This document shows positions 9,402-18,225 of a DNA stretch of 64,000 nucleotides, piece after piece. Each line of letters opens with the position of its first letter. The first letter of the stretch is position 1. The notes under the pieces were generated by a model. The model did no database searches. It saw nothing but the letters and a program-made list of their open reading frames with translations, and was not told the origin of the DNA. The stretch lies in assembly GCA_041739995.1 (NCBI GenBank), contig JBGSMV010000029.1, positions 80,371 through 144,370 on the forward strand. Direction: 5' to 3'. The stretch is from Bdellovibrionota bacterium (lineage in GTDB: Bacteria; Bdellovibrionota_C; UBA2361; JBGSMV01). The translations under genes and the position numbers were made by a program.

Positions 9402-11501
9402 ATGAAGTTGCATGTTTCTTTACTTGCGAAATGTATTGAGCTTCCAAGCTCGGTCATCACTGAATTGCGTCATGTGCTTGACGATCTTGGGCTTGAGGTC
9501 AAAGACGTCGAGGGAGAAGGTGCGAGTGCTGTCTTTAATCTAGAGACCTTGGCGAACCGCGGTGATCACCTCTTTGCGCTCGGAGTCGCTCGTGAATTGT
9601 CGGCACGCTATCTATCGCCCATTAAACATCCCAGCATGGTGCCGGCATTTCAGGATTTAAAGCCGAGCCTGCCCGTGCGCAGATTGACTGAAGCCTGCTC
9701 GCGCTATGCACTGCTAGAAGTCGAGCTCCCCAAAAACATGGTAATTCGGCCTGATGTCAGAGCGATTATGTATGCGGCGGGCCAGTCGGGGGTGGCGGGA
9801 GAATCCAATAAACCAGCGATAGTGGACACCTTGAACTTCGTGCAGCTTGAGCTTGGGCAACCGATGCATGCCTTTGATCGGGAGAAGATTGACGGTGAAA
9901 TTATAATTGAGCTCACTCAAGGCAAGGAGACGATTGAAGCCCTCGATGGAAATTCATATCAGGTTCCCCCAGGCGCCATAATCATTAAAGATCGCAAGAA
10001 AATAGTCGCGGTAGCGGGAGTTATTGGCTGTTCCAATAGCATGGTCTCGTCTTCGACCACCCGAGTGTTGCTTGAGTCTGCTTGTTTTGACCCGGTGCAT
10101 GTGCGTAAGACCGCTCGCGCTATGGGTTTAAGCACTGATGCGTCTTATGCCTTCGAGCGCGGCAGTGACGTGGAGATGGTGGTTCCCGCATTACGGCGAG
10201 TAGTTTTTCTTGCCGGCGGAGCTGGCGGCGCCATAAAGGAGGAAGCGGGAGCACATGTAATTGGCTTGACCATTGCTGATGCGCCACAGAAGGAGCGCCA
10301 TAAGATCCCGCTTTCAATTAAAGAGATTCGAAATCAGATGAATCTGCCGCGCCTTTCGGACGTGGAGATTGTAACCAGGTTAAAACACCTTGGGTTTTTG
10401 ATTGAACCTGGTGTCGCCGAGGGCGATCAGTTTGCGGTCGTTCCGTCCTGGCGTGTTTGGGACATTCGTAACGCGGAAGATATAGTCGAAGAAGTAGTGC
10501 GCTGTTTCGGACTCTCACGGGTGAAGCAGGAGCTTCCGCCACTGGCATACGAGGTGCCAGAGGCTCCTGCGCTTGAGCAGTTAGTGGCGAAGCTCGAGCC
10601 GCTTTTGCTTGGACAAGGGTTCTTTGAGGTGATGACCCGCAGCTACTACTCGGCCGAGGTAGCCGGGTACTTAGAGAAAGTAGCGGGGAAACGCCTTCCT
10701 ACTCATGTGCGTATCAACAACGCACTGGAGAAGGGCTATTCCCATCTTAAGGTCACTAACCTGGTGCATTTGGCGGAGCTGGTTGAGGAAAATCAGAAAC
10801 ACGGAGTGCGCGGCAGCAGGGTCTTTGAAATTGGGAGACTATTCTCTCCAGACTTTGCTGAGAAGGACGGCTACGCCTTTGAGCGTGAGGTGATTTCTCT
10901 CGCCTGCGCAGGTCGCTGGTCTGATAATGAATGGCGTAAGCCTGAATCGCTTGAGCAGCGGGTGCAGCTTTTTCGCGGAGTGCTCGACGGTTTAGTCGGT
11001 GCGGTCGGACAAGGGGTTTCTGTTTCCGAGTCGGATGAGCCTCTGTTGCATCCAGGCGTGCAAGGTAGCTTGAAGTCGGGGAGAAGTATCTGCGGCCATT
11101 TCGGACTTATACATCCTGAGCTTGCCGCGTTGTTGGGTTTAAAACAGCCGGTGCTCTACGCCGAGCTTGAAGCCTCTGTGCTTGGGCGTGTCAGCGGGGA
11201 AAGAAGTTTCGAGCTACCGTCGGATTTTCCTTCAGTGAAACGTGACATCACCCTGAAAATTCCTTTGAGAGATCGCGTCGGACGAGTGGAGCGCCTCATC
11301 TCGGAAGCTAAACTTCAGAACCTTTTTGAAGTGTCTGTGGCGGATGACTTTAGAAAGGAAGGGGAAGAATTTCGACGTGCCACGTTCCGACTCGTTTTTC
11401 AGAGTCGCGAACGAACCCTTTCTCATCCGGAAGTTGATGCGGGAATGGAACAGCTACTGGCTAGCCTCAAAGAGAAGCATCAGCTTGAACTTGCCGTTTG
11501 A
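9402..11501 (+). CDS. pheT: Phenylalanyl-tRNA synthetase beta subunit, lacking the B2 OB-fold
   Basis: NRGD, ELGQPMHAFD, LLESACF, FERG, VPSWR..DI..EDIVEE, FPSVKRDI (B8); only 699 aa. Confidence 0.92.
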   Translation: MKLHVSLLAKCIELPSSVITELRHVLDDLGLEVKDVEGEGASAVFNLETLANRGDHLFALGVARELSARYLSPIKHPSMVPAFQDLKPSLPVRRLTEACSRYALLEVELPKNMVIRPDVRAIMYAAGQSGVAGESNKPAIVDTLNFVQLELGQPMHAFDREKIDGEIIIELTQGKETIEALDGNSYQVPPGAIIIKDRKKIVAVAGVIGCSNSMVSSSTTRVLLESACFDPVHVRKTARAMGLSTDASYAFERGSDVEMVVPALRRVVFLAGGAGGAIKEEAGAHVIGLTIADAPQKERHKIPLSIKEIRNQMNLPRLSDVEIVTRLKHLGFLIEPGVAEGDQFAVVPSWRVWDIRNAEDIVEEVVRCFGLSRVKQELPPLAYEVPEAPALEQLVAKLEPLLLGQGFFEVMTRSYYSAEVAGYLEKVAGKRLPTHVRINNALEKGYSHLKVTNLVHLAELVEENQKHGVRGSRVFEIGRLFSPDFAEKDGYAFEREVISLACAGRWSDNEWRKPESLEQRVQLFRGVLDGLVGAVGQGVSVSESDEPLLHPGVQGSLKSGRSICGHFGLIHPELAALLGLKQPVLYAELEASVLGRVSGERSFELPSDFPSVKRDITLKIPLRDRVGRVERLISEAKLQNLFEVSVADDFRKEGEEFRRATFRLVFQSRERTLSHPEVDAGMEQLLASLKEKHQLELAV

Positions 11502-11553
11502 CGGACGCCTAAGAGAATAATCCTCTTAACTAACCTGCTTTCATTACTATTTT

Positions 11554-11838
11554 ATGACGCATCAGGCAGTTCTGGTTCGTATAGTGGGGAGAGTCCAAGG
11601 GGTAGGCTATAGGAACTGGACCTGCGTGCGCGCTCGCGAGCTAAAGATTTGCGGGTGGGTCAGGAACTGTGCTGATGGTAGTGTGGAAGCTCTACTCTCA
11701 GGAAGCGAGACGGCAGTAAGTTGCTTGCTCGAGGAACTGAAGGTTGGGCCTCAGTACGCCGTGGTTGAGAGAGTTGAGCAGGCTCTAGCCACCGAGCCGT
11801 TTGATGAGAAGCGATTTGCGGTGCTTGAGACTTGCTAG
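11554..11838 (+). CDS. acyP: Acylphosphatase
   Basis: GRVQGVGYR and GWVRN.DGSVE motifs. Confidence 0.95.
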   Translation: MTHQAVLVRIVGRVQGVGYRNWTCVRARELKICGWVRNCADGSVEALLSGSETAVSCLLEELKVGPQYAVVERVEQALATEPFDEKRFAVLETC

Positions 11839-11992
11839 TGGCCTGGGATAAGAGTTCGGTGAATAATTGTCGCCGCGCTCGCTGAGCTCTTTGCGAATAT
11901 ATTTAGTGAATTACACAATGAGTCCAGCGAGAATGAGTCCAGCGAGAACAGCGAGGAAAAAACTTAGACGAACTTCTGACTCAGGACGCTAG
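11835..11992 (+). mobile_element. MITE-like element family A, copy 1 (internal 15-nt duplication)
   Basis: CTAGTGGCCTGGG...ACTCAGGACGCTAG; aligns by eye with copies at 19760, 27326, 40298, 46221; left CTAG contains the acyP stop. Confidence 0.8.
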
Positions 11993-12120
11993 GGATGCTT
12001 CCTGTGAGAGGATGTCGCCTTTTGATTGCGGTGGTCTTGTGCCACGTGACAGGATAATAGCCTAGTGGTGCAGTCGCCTGTAGTGGGAAGTGGGCCAGTT
12101 AAAGTGAGAGCGGAGGTAGT

Positions 12121-12618
12121 ATGGCAAAAGAAATAGTCACAGGAGATTCAGTCGTATCAATCCACTACACCTTGCGAGGTGAGGATAAGGAAGTGATTGA
12201 TTCCTCCGACGGCGGAGAGCCGTTGGTGTACCTTCACGGGCGTAGCCAAATTATTCCTGGGCTCGAACGTGAGCTCGACGGAAAGAAAGTGGGGGATGCG
12301 CTTAAAGTCGAAGTGGCCCCCGCTGAAGGCTATGGAGAATACGATGAGTCGCTAAAGATTAGCGTCGAGCGCGGCCAATTTCCCAAGGGTGCTGAAATCA
12401 AAGAAGGTTCAATGTTTGAGCTGGCCAATGATGCCGGCGGTAGTCTGGTGGTGCGCGTGATTGGGGTGACTGACGAGAGTGTTGAAGTTGACGGTAATCA
12501 CCCACTCGCAGGGCAGAAGCTATTCTTTGAGGTAAAGTTGGTAGATATACGGAAAGCGACGGCAGATGAAATTGAGCATGGCCATGCTCATGGGCCTGGT
12601 GGGCATCATCACGATTAG
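12121..12618 (+). CDS. slyD: FKBP-type peptidyl-prolyl isomerase with His-rich tail
   Basis: VVSIHYTL, IIPGLE, EGYGEYD, DGNHPLAG, HGHAHGPGGHHH. Confidence 0.95.
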   Translation: MAKEIVTGDSVVSIHYTLRGEDKEVIDSSDGGEPLVYLHGRSQIIPGLERELDGKKVGDALKVEVAPAEGYGEYDESLKISVERGQFPKGAEIKEGSMFELANDAGGSLVVRVIGVTDESVEVDGNHPLAGQKLFFEVKLVDIRKATADEIEHGHAHGPGGHHHD

Positions 12619-12721
12619 CGACCGTCTCTCCGGAAGATTTGCCCGGGAAGTGTGACAGGAAAGGTTTTCTCGATCTTAGTGTTTAGACCCCGGGCTCAGG
12701 AATTTCATAACGTCGAGAGGT

Positions 12722-13456
12722 GTGATGCGGATGTTCTCAAAAATGTTTTTCAGACCGAAAGGACCAAACGCTATCTTTTCCGAAGAAAAGTTCTCTGAAG
12801 GGAAGAGCTTTGGAGCGCTGCGTGCTTGTCCAGTTCTCGTAGGTGTCGGCCTTGCTGCTACCGGATTGCTTGGTTGCGGTATGGGCCCCGTGCCTACAAG
12901 CATGGTGGTGACACAGGTAGCCCCGCAGAGTCAGCCCACAGAGCTGGTGGCTGCGCCCGAAACATCCGATTCCAATGATCAAGCCGTGGCTGGAGACCTG
13001 GCTCTTCACTCCTATGAGGACTGTGTTGCTGCCGGCAACATGACCACTCGTTCAATTCCACCAAGATGCGTGACTAAGGGTGGAAAAAGTTTTGTGCGTG
13101 GGAAGGATTCTTTGCGTGTAACTAAGCCGCAGGGTGCGCAGACTGTAGTTGGGGCAAATCCGGCTGCTGCGAATCAGAGTACCATCGACACATTTGAAGA
13201 TTGCGTGGCAGCAGGCTTTGCCATTCGCAGAACGTTGCCGCCAAGTTGCGCCGACGGTAAAGGGCGTGTCTTTACTGAAGGCATTCTTGGAGTCGCACGA
13301 TATGAGGGATCTTCTGGTGCCCAAGCAGAAGCCGGCGGAAAACTCTGCAAGGATAATTGCGGAGACGGAAGCTGTCAGGAAATTGTGTGCATGGCGCTTG
13401 GGTGCCCTTGTCCAGAGACCGCTGACTCTTGTCCCTCAGACTGCTCCGGAGATTAG
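12722..13456 (+). CDS. Cys-rich putative lipoprotein with two (S/T)(Y/F)EDCVAAG repeats
   Basis: Lipobox LLGC; two EDCVAAG..R(S/T)xPPxC..GK units; C-terminal CKDNCGDGSC...CPSDC. Confidence 0.7.
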   Translation: MMRMFSKMFFRPKGPNAIFSEEKFSEGKSFGALRACPVLVGVGLAATGLLGCGMGPVPTSMVVTQVAPQSQPTELVAAPETSDSNDQAVAGDLALHSYEDCVAAGNMTTRSIPPRCVTKGGKSFVRGKDSLRVTKPQGAQTVVGANPAAANQSTIDTFEDCVAAGFAIRRTLPPSCADGKGRVFTEGILGVARYEGSSGAQAEAGGKLCKDNCGDGSCQEIVCMALGCPCPETADSCPSDCSGD

Positions 13457-13507
13457 TCTGCGGCGCGAGATCCGCGCCTGGACGGTTCTCTTAACTACAG
13501 AATCATC

Positions 13508-14290
13508 GTGAACTTCATATTTATCTTCAAGGCTGAATGCGTTTCGGGCGATGAGTGGCGACTACGTGGCGCGCGGGCAAAACGCGCACTCGAAGTACAC
13601 CGACTTGAAGTTGGGCAAGTGCGCGCGCTGTTACTGGAGGGGCAGGGGCAAAGTGAAGCTGAAGTCCTGGCGGTCTCCAGTGAAGAAGTGAAATTTCGAC
13701 TTTGTGCGCGAGCGACAGACTCGGCTGGAGAGGCGGCTATTGTAAAACCAAGCGCCTCAATTTTATCCGGAAGTGTGCGTTGTATCGTAGGGCTCGCGCG
13801 GCCTCAAACCTCTAAAAAGGTAATGGAATACTGTGCGAGTGCGGGCTTTCAAGAGATTCATTTTGTCTCCACAGAAAGAGGAGAAAAAAGCTACGAATCG
13901 TCAAAAGTCTTTGAACCTGCGTCCATGAATGAACAGCTGTTGCTGGGGGCGGAGCAAGGGGGAGTAGCTTTTCTTCCGCATGTTCAGGTGTGGAGTCACC
14001 TCAAGGTGCTATTTTCGGAGCATCTTCCACCCACTGCTGAAACTTCAACGGAATTCCGACTTCTTGCGGATACTCAAGGCGCGACACCCAATGCTTGGAA
14101 GTCGGTCACTCCCGGCATAGACTCCCCGATTTGGGCGGCAATTGGTCCCGAACCCGGATGGAGCGATGAAGAGCGTGAGCTCTTTCAGAATCGCGGATTT
14201 CTTTCGGTTTCTCTGGGTTCTTCGGTGCTACGCGTGGAGCACGCTCTCGCCACGTTGACGGGGGCTCTATTTGCTCTCGAAAGGGCATAG
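13508..14290 (+). CDS. rsmE: 16S rRNA m3U1498 methyltransferase (RsmE family)
   Basis: AIGPEPGWS..E and SLGSSVLRVEHA SPOUT motifs; AEQGG. Confidence 0.85.
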   Translation: MNFIFIFKAECVSGDEWRLRGARAKRALEVHRLEVGQVRALLLEGQGQSEAEVLAVSSEEVKFRLCARATDSAGEAAIVKPSASILSGSVRCIVGLARPQTSKKVMEYCASAGFQEIHFVSTERGEKSYESSKVFEPASMNEQLLLGAEQGGVAFLPHVQVWSHLKVLFSEHLPPTAETSTEFRLLADTQGATPNAWKSVTPGIDSPIWAAIGPEPGWSDEERELFQNRGFLSVSLGSSVLRVEHALATLTGALFALERA

Positions 14291-14414
14291 CCCTCGCCCG
14301 TCGTCTTGCCGTTCTTGCTCCGCAAAGGTTCCGCTCAAGTTTTTCTGCCGGTGTTGCCGATTACTTCTCTGTCGAGGGGTGCGCCATTTACTCTAGTAGC
14401 TAAGGGTTTTTCGT

Positions 14415-14996
14415 ATGGCAAAAGCGGAAGAGGCAAAGAAAGAGGCAGGGGCTGAAGCTCCAAAGAAAAAGGGCAACAAGATGGTGCTTATCATCGTCGT
14501 TGCGCTTGTGGTCTTGCTTTTGGGTGGAGGCGGAATTGCCTTTGCGCTTATGAGCGGCGGAAAGGAAGAATCTCATGAAGACAAGGTAGTGGTACCCGTT
14601 CTTAAGGTCGCGAAGCTTGACTCCTTCATGGTGAACCTAGGAGATCCTAGTGCGTTTATTAAAGCCACGATTCTGCTCGAGTACGATCAAAATGTACTCG
14701 ACAAAATTCTTCAGGGGCAGGGTTCTGGCGGTGGGCATGGATATGGTGGTGGTGCAGCAGGTGGTGGGGCTCCCGATCCCACGGCCCTTCCTGGATTGAT
14801 GCAGGGTCGAGAGCCTATGATGCGTGACGCTATCATTCGAGTGTTCGCTTCTAAAAAAGCGCTTGAGGTGCTTTCGCCTGATGGGAAGGATCAGCTGAAA
14901 GAGGAAATTACAGAATCCGTGAATGAAGCGCTTGGATTCGATGAGCCACTTGTGACAGGCGTTTACTTCACCGAGTTCATAATCCAGCAAGGGTAA
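14415..14996 (+). CDS. fliL: Flagellar basal body-associated protein FliL
   Basis: N-terminal TM helix, FMVNL, MRDAII, GKDQLKEEI, VYFTEFIIQ. Confidence 0.9.
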   Translation: MAKAEEAKKEAGAEAPKKKGNKMVLIIVVALVVLLLGGGGIAFALMSGGKEESHEDKVVVPVLKVAKLDSFMVNLGDPSAFIKATILLEYDQNVLDKILQGQGSGGGHGYGGGAAGGGAPDPTALPGLMQGREPMMRDAIIRVFASKKALEVLSPDGKDQLKEEITESVNEALGFDEPLVTGVYFTEFIIQQG

Positions 14997-15095
14997 TGTT
15001 TCTTAACGCGCTCGTTGACCTTGCTGGTTCGCGTGTGCCCTTACCATAGAGTTATCGGCCATTGAGTTTATTACTAGGTCCCACGAGAGGTTAAG

Positions 15096-15713
15096 ATGTA
15101 CTTTCTTCGGGTGCTTTCCACAGGGTTGTTAATTGTCCTTCTGCTTGCATTGGCAGGGGTAGTTTCTCCGACACATAACACAGGACCATATCCGCTGATA
15201 ACCGAGCTTGCGCAGGTCCCGGGCCTGACGCTCGATCAGTACTCGGTTGCGGGTTCCACCGCGAAGGAAATTCGAGCGGAGTTAGACTGGCTAGGGCCGA
15301 AAGACCCCTCGGGTGCTCCGCGTGATGCCTATACTGAGTGGAAGGTGTCTTGGCGGTGGCCGGATGGCGAGCGCGGTCCCGACTTCTCAAGAACGCAAGT
15401 CGAGCGCAAAGTACGCATTACTCTGCCTCGATGGGAGGGAGTGCAATATGCCTCACCAGGATTGAGGGCTCAGTGGAATGATTATATGACGGCGCTCGTT
15501 ACGCATGAGCGCAATCATTTAGAGCTTGTTGACAGTGGATATCAAGAAATTCCTCAAAAAATTTCAGACGCATATAAGGCTAATCCTGAGCTTTCGATCG
15601 CAGAAGCTCATCAGCTCGCAGGCGAAGTTCTGGCGAAAATTCGCGCGGCAGACCGTGAGTACGATCTCAGTACTCAGCATGGACGCTCCGAGGGAGTTAA
15701 GTTCCCGGGGTAG
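15096..15713 (+). CDS. DUF922-family putative secreted Zn-dependent protease
   Basis: YSVAGST..EI, ITLPRW, HERNH (HExxH), YDLSTQHG. Confidence 0.8.
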   Translation: MYFLRVLSTGLLIVLLLALAGVVSPTHNTGPYPLITELAQVPGLTLDQYSVAGSTAKEIRAELDWLGPKDPSGAPRDAYTEWKVSWRWPDGERGPDFSRTQVERKVRITLPRWEGVQYASPGLRAQWNDYMTALVTHERNHLELVDSGYQEIPQKISDAYKANPELSIAEAHQLAGEVLAKIRAADREYDLSTQHGRSEGVKFPG

Positions 15714-15787
15714 TAAGCCGAGCTTGGATCTCACAAGCGGCATTAGCCAGTTTCGCAGAGTTTCGCCACAAAGCTTCGCTGGTTACC

Positions 15788-15817
15788 CTCTGTGTCCACC
15801 GTGACCCCCGTGTTATT
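15788..15817. repeat. REP-like half element (CACAGAGG family)
   Basis: CCTCTGTGTCCACCGTGACCCCCGTG is a near reverse complement of the left arm at 7043-7070. Confidence 0.55.
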
Positions 15818-15821
15818 AAAT

Positions 15822-15874
15822 TGCCCGAGTTAAGACATCGGCAACCCTTTAGTGTCAGGACATCGCTTACACTT
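15822..15874. mobile_element. Possible IS481-type terminal remnant
   Basis: Tandem GACATCGGCAACCCTTT / GACATCGCTTACACTT repeats after TGCCCGAGTTAA, resembling the reiterated ends of IS481-family elements; no transposase. Confidence 0.4.
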
Positions 15875-15961
15875 AAATACCAATTAGAGATCTTACCCTG
15901 ACTGAACGCGTGGTCCGCCCATTTGGGTGTTCTTGCGACGGGGGTAGTTTGCAGCAAGATC

Positions 15962-16042
15962 TCACCACAGAGGGAAGGGAGGTACACAGAGGAAAGGATC
16001 ATAATCCTGCCCCTGACTGTTCTCTGGAACCTTTATGGTGAA
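15962..16042. repeat. REP/REPIN-like imperfect hairpin (CACAGAGG family), degenerate right arm
   Basis: TCACCACAGAGGGAAGGGAGGTACACAGAGGA...CCTTTATGGTGAA; shares GGAGGTACACAGAGGA with the 7041 copy. Confidence 0.55.
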
Positions 16043-16137
16043 CGCACGTCGCGTGTTCTAAGCGAGTCGGGGTCCAACATGTGTGCCCGCATAAGAATGA
16101 CTGGGTAGCTGCGTCGCGCCAGAGAAAAATAGAAAAA

Positions 16138-16211
16138 TCGGGGTGAAAGGATTCGAACCTTCGACCTCACGGTCCCGAACCGTGCGCTCTACCAGGCTGA
16201 GCCACACCCCG
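16138..16211 (-). tRNA. tRNA-Pro(CGG), CCA not encoded
   Basis: CGGGGTGTGGCTCAGCCTGGTAGAGCGCACGG-TTCGGGA-CCGTGAGGTCGAAGGTTCGAATCCTTTCACCCCGA folds as a cloverleaf with anticodon CGG. Confidence 0.97.
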
Positions 16212-16614
16212 AACTGAAGCCTTTCACCTCGAAGCGGAGCGTGGCCGCCTCTACAGTAAAATTGGTCTCTTATGAGGATCCCAAGGCGAGCTACTGCTCC
16301 GTCTAGGATAATGAGCAAGCGTTTAACATACGGGTCTTTAAGGTCAAACCAGAAGGTCCTGAGGCGCCGAAGCGAGCAAACTGGACAGCTATCGCAGTGA
16401 AATTAACTACTTATAGGACGGAACAGGTTCCGGGTCCCATTTGGTTAGAGATCCGGGGCTGTGATAAAATCTGAAGCAATTGACGTGTTTAGGCCGAAAT
16501 GAGGGGGTGAGCCGGAAGTCACGGCTGGCTTGTGGTTAACCATAACTCTTACCGAGCTTGGTGGGCCCAAATGCTGGCTACCAGGTTGAACTTGTTACCA
16601 GGTGCAGACGTCGA

Positions 16615-17577
16615 ATGGATCTTTTGAATAGACAGCGATCGACTGGGCAACCGCAGAAGGCGGCAGGGCAAGATACTGCCCGCGAACCAGCGGCCGATCT
16701 GACCCAGCTTAGAAACGATCGTGCCGGTGCAGGGGCAGTAAACACCAAGGGCGCAAGCCCTGCCCAGACACAACGCAGAGATTTCCAAGAGAAGATTCAT
16801 CCCGGAAGGTTGCGGGACAGTGCCTCCCTTCGTGTTGATCGTTTACGAACCCGAGAGGGTCGCAGCGAAGATCGCAGGGAAGATAAGCGCCGACAGAAGG
16901 ACAATGCGCGTGATCGAGTAGAGCAGCTTAACCGCGAGGATAAAGTTGACGATCAGCAGGCAGTGGTCGGGAGCCGTCGTAGCCAAACGCTTTCAGATAG
17001 AACCGGAGTTGGAGCTGGCGCGAGTGAGGTTGGTCTGCTTGACCCTGAATCTCAGGCGGCGTTAGACCGTGATCTGTCTGCAAAGCACGATCCGGCGATG
17101 GGTAGTCTTGCGCAGTCCGAGACTCTTGGCGTGGCTCCACAAGAACAGGCGCTTGGAAACTCTTCATTGACGGCGAACGCGGTAGGGACTTCTCAATCGC
17201 AAACCGTCGAGCTCACTGTACATCGTTTTCGCTTCGCAGAGCGCGGACTCGCAAATACTCCCTGGATGCAAGAGCTATATCGGTTCTTTGCAAACAGTGA
17301 GCGAGATGTTCTCGGAGAAGAAGAGCGGGATAGTGCCGAACGCGCGTTGCTTGAGTTTGACCGGCTTAGCCCTGCCGAAAGAACGCCGGAGAAGATACTA
17401 GAGATTCTACAACTGTCCGGCGTAGCGGCTCCGACTTACCAGAAGATCGGAGAAATACTTCGAGAAATGGGAGCAGACGCTCCAGGGTCTCAGGAGCAGG
17501 TCGGGTCTAGGGCGCTCTCTGTGTTAGAGAATAAGGACAAGATGGAGAGAATTGTCTTTGACCCCAGCAATAATTAG
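16615..17577 (+). CDS. Hypothetical protein with charged, probably disordered N-terminal half
   Basis: Long ORF; ATG at 16615 chosen; no family recognised. Confidence 0.55.
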   Translation: MDLLNRQRSTGQPQKAAGQDTAREPAADLTQLRNDRAGAGAVNTKGASPAQTQRRDFQEKIHPGRLRDSASLRVDRLRTREGRSEDRREDKRRQKDNARDRVEQLNREDKVDDQQAVVGSRRSQTLSDRTGVGAGASEVGLLDPESQAALDRDLSAKHDPAMGSLAQSETLGVAPQEQALGNSSLTANAVGTSQSQTVELTVHRFRFAERGLANTPWMQELYRFFANSERDVLGEEERDSAERALLEFDRLSPAERTPEKILEILQLSGVAAPTYQKIGEILREMGADAPGSQEQVGSRALSVLENKDKMERIVFDPSNN

Positions 17578-17652
17578 CTCTGGGGATTTGGGGATAGCTC
17601 CGAGGGGGGCTCGAGGGATTTTTATAACGGTTTCGATTAGGCAGGAAATTTA

Positions 17653-18126
17653 GTGAACAACGCGATTACACCAAAGGAAAGATACGACGAAATCTTCCAG
17701 ATAGAGATGGAAGGTTGGTCGTATGGGATCGCTAATTACCCAGGGGAAATCTTCCCTGAACTCGTATTCCGCGTGCTGCGCGAACTTGAGCCAAGTTTTG
17801 TCGCGGCAATCGAGCATCATCATTGCTTCGATCTGGTGGCGCTTGCCGAGATGTTTTCCAAGGCCGCTAAGTACCTGGTGCATGAGAAAGACGTTGCCTT
17901 TTGTATCCTTTCGATGCTGCCCTCTCCGGCTCGTTTTGACGAGGATGGGCAGTTTGTCATGGCGCAGGTGATCGATAAGGTAGAGCAGACCTGGAGCGGA
18001 GCCCTTGAGCGCCTTGAGAAAAAGTGGCGCTGGGAAGCCACCCAAGCAAAGAATAAATTGCCTACCAATCCTCGGCGGACTGTCTCAATAAAGACAAATA
18101 AACCGAAAACCCCCGTAGCCGCCTAA
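17653..18126 (+). CDS. Hypothetical protein
   Basis: 157-aa ORF with globular-looking composition and RBS AGGA; upstream of proS. Confidence 0.7.
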   Translation: MNNAITPKERYDEIFQIEMEGWSYGIANYPGEIFPELVFRVLRELEPSFVAAIEHHHCFDLVALAEMFSKAAKYLVHEKDVAFCILSMLPSPARFDEDGQFVMAQVIDKVEQTWSGALERLEKKWRWEATQAKNKLPTNPRRTVSIKTNKPKTPVAA

Positions 18127-18225
18127 TCCTAGCGGATCTCGTCTCAGCCAGCCCAACGTGCTATCTACTTCCTCTCGTCAGTGGGGGCAGCGCCCTCTCC
18201 AGGCGGCCGCAGATTTGGAGTGCAC

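Noticed and set aside
14335-14363. Sigma28-like TCAA...GCCGATTA upstream of fliL (also GCCGATAG at 47864)
   Set aside because: Spacing is 17 rather than 15 nt at fliL, and the -35 box is poor at 47864; not supportable without a lineage-specific model.
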